A program made the translations under genes and the position numbers. Below the pieces are notes generated by a model. The model was given only the letters and a program-made list of their open reading frames with translations, ran no database searches and was not told the origin of the DNA. From Lachnospiraceae bacterium (GTDB lineage Bacteria; Bacillota; Clostridia; Lachnospirales; Lachnospiraceae), in the NCBI GenBank assembly GCA_009774395.1, contig VSNQ01000007.1:3301-67300 (forward strand): a DNA stretch of 64,000 bases, in the 5' to 3' direction. Positions 63,037 through 64,000 of the stretch are shown here, one piece after another. Within the stretch, counting starts at the first letter, position 1. Each line of letters opens with the position of its first letter.

Positions 63037-64000
63037 TTACCCCCAATCCTCGTCAAGCCAGTTCCTCAATAATGTAGCGACTGCTTCCGGATTTTCTTCT
63101 ACAAAATTTTCTATCAGCTTTCTAGCCTCAGATTTCTGCTCTGTTTCAATGCTTTCAAGTTCCTGCTGGTTGGATTGCAGCAATTCCTCTACAGAAAGCT
63201 CCTCCTCCTCGATAACCTCTTTCTTTGTTCTAAGGCTCATCAATACAACAAATGCCAGCAGTCCAAGAATAATTACGATTAATACGATTTGGATGATATC
63301 TCTATATTGTACACTTGTCTTAATCGCATCAATAAACTGTACTTCCTCATATGCAAGAATTGTAATATTTTTTGATGGAATACCTGTTGCATTTGCAACG
63401 ATACTAACCAAATCACTGTCTATTTCAAGCTTTGTCTTTGCGTTGTTTGCAAGTTTATATTCTTCCCATGAAACACCGTCTAAGAATCCCTGCAGCCTTA
63501 CATCTTCTTCCCTTACCACCTTATACTTTACAGCCGATACCGATACAGAACTATTCGCATACTGTAATGTACCTACTGCATTTTTCTTAGTAATAATTTC
63601 CTCATTTGGAAGATAATCTGATTTTCTTTCATATTGGCTTGTGCTGCCGCCCGTCGATTCATCAATGTCATAATCTATTTCTGAATTGGAATCGGTACCC
63701 GGCACACCACCTACTCCGTCTGCTGCATTTGATCGAAATTCCTCGTCATGGGAAAGCAGTCCTTGATCATGTCCCTCTGGTGTGCTGTAATTATGCTGTT
63801 TTACTTCTGACTCATCAAAGTTCAATGAAGCATTCACTGCAACTTCAATCTGATTAAACTCATTTAATCCAAACAATACCTGACGCACTTCGTTTTTTAA
63901 GAAACTCTCTGCTTCCTGCTTGTGCATCAACATATTGTTCGCTTTCTCAATTGTAGAATAGCTTTCCGCTACTGGAAACCATATTTTGCCGCTTACATCT
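63037..64000 (-). CDS. fliF: Flagellar M-ring protein, C-terminal part (start lies beyond the window)
   Basis: GGVPGTDSN, second TM, C-terminal ENPEAVATLLRNWLDE; directly upstream of fliG. Confidence 0.9.
   Translation of the reverse strand, partial: DVSGKIWFPVAESYSTIEKANNMLMHKQEAESFLKNEVRQVLFGLNEFNQIEVAVNASLNFDESEVKQHNYSTPEGHDQGLLSHDEEFRSNAADGVGGVPGTDSNSEIDYDIDESTGGSTSQYERKSDYLPNEEIITKKNAVGTLQYANSSVSVSAVKYKVVREEDVRLQGFLDGVSWEEYKLANNAKTKLEIDSDLVSIVANATGIPSKNITILAYEEVQFIDAIKTSVQYRDIIQIVLIVIILGLLAFVVLMSLRTKKEVIEEEELSVEELLQSNQQELESIETEQKSEARKLIENFVEENPEAVATLLRNWLDEDWG

Overview
Low-GC Firmicute DNA whose gene content (butyryl-CoA:acetate CoA-transferase, clostridial fla operon, MCP, GGDEF) suggests a motile gut Lachnospiraceae-like clostridium; this assignment is inference. 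The window has three parts. (1) 570-16,600 is an accessory co-directional minus-strand cluster. In transcription order it encodes a WYL regulator, a YkgJ-type Cys-cluster protein, a TerB-like protein, an HNH-like nuclease with a hydrophobic tail, a membrane protein, two dynamin-like GTPases, a gene with a strong candidate programmed -1 frameshift, a giant HerA/DUF87 ATPase, and a PoNe-like DNase toxin with a PoNi-like immunity gene. This is the best candidate for an undescribed conflict or toxin-delivery system. A palindromic operator sits upstream of the WYL gene and has two degenerate copies elsewhere. (2) 16,800-52,800 holds mixed housekeeping and accessory genes: eno, gpmI, an ABC exporter pair with a leader-peptide attenuator, but, a hybrid kinase, SRAP, thiN, MCP, flotillin, MATE, a stand-alone kinase-phosphatase-ligase RNA-repair enzyme and two Uma2 paralogs. 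Several families of miniature inverted-repeat elements are scattered through it, some with clear target-site duplications and one triple-nested. (3) 53,300-64,000 is the flagellar operon from partial fliF to flgE. No rRNA, tRNA, CRISPR array or transposase gene was seen. All protein calls come from motif recognition by eye, without database searches.
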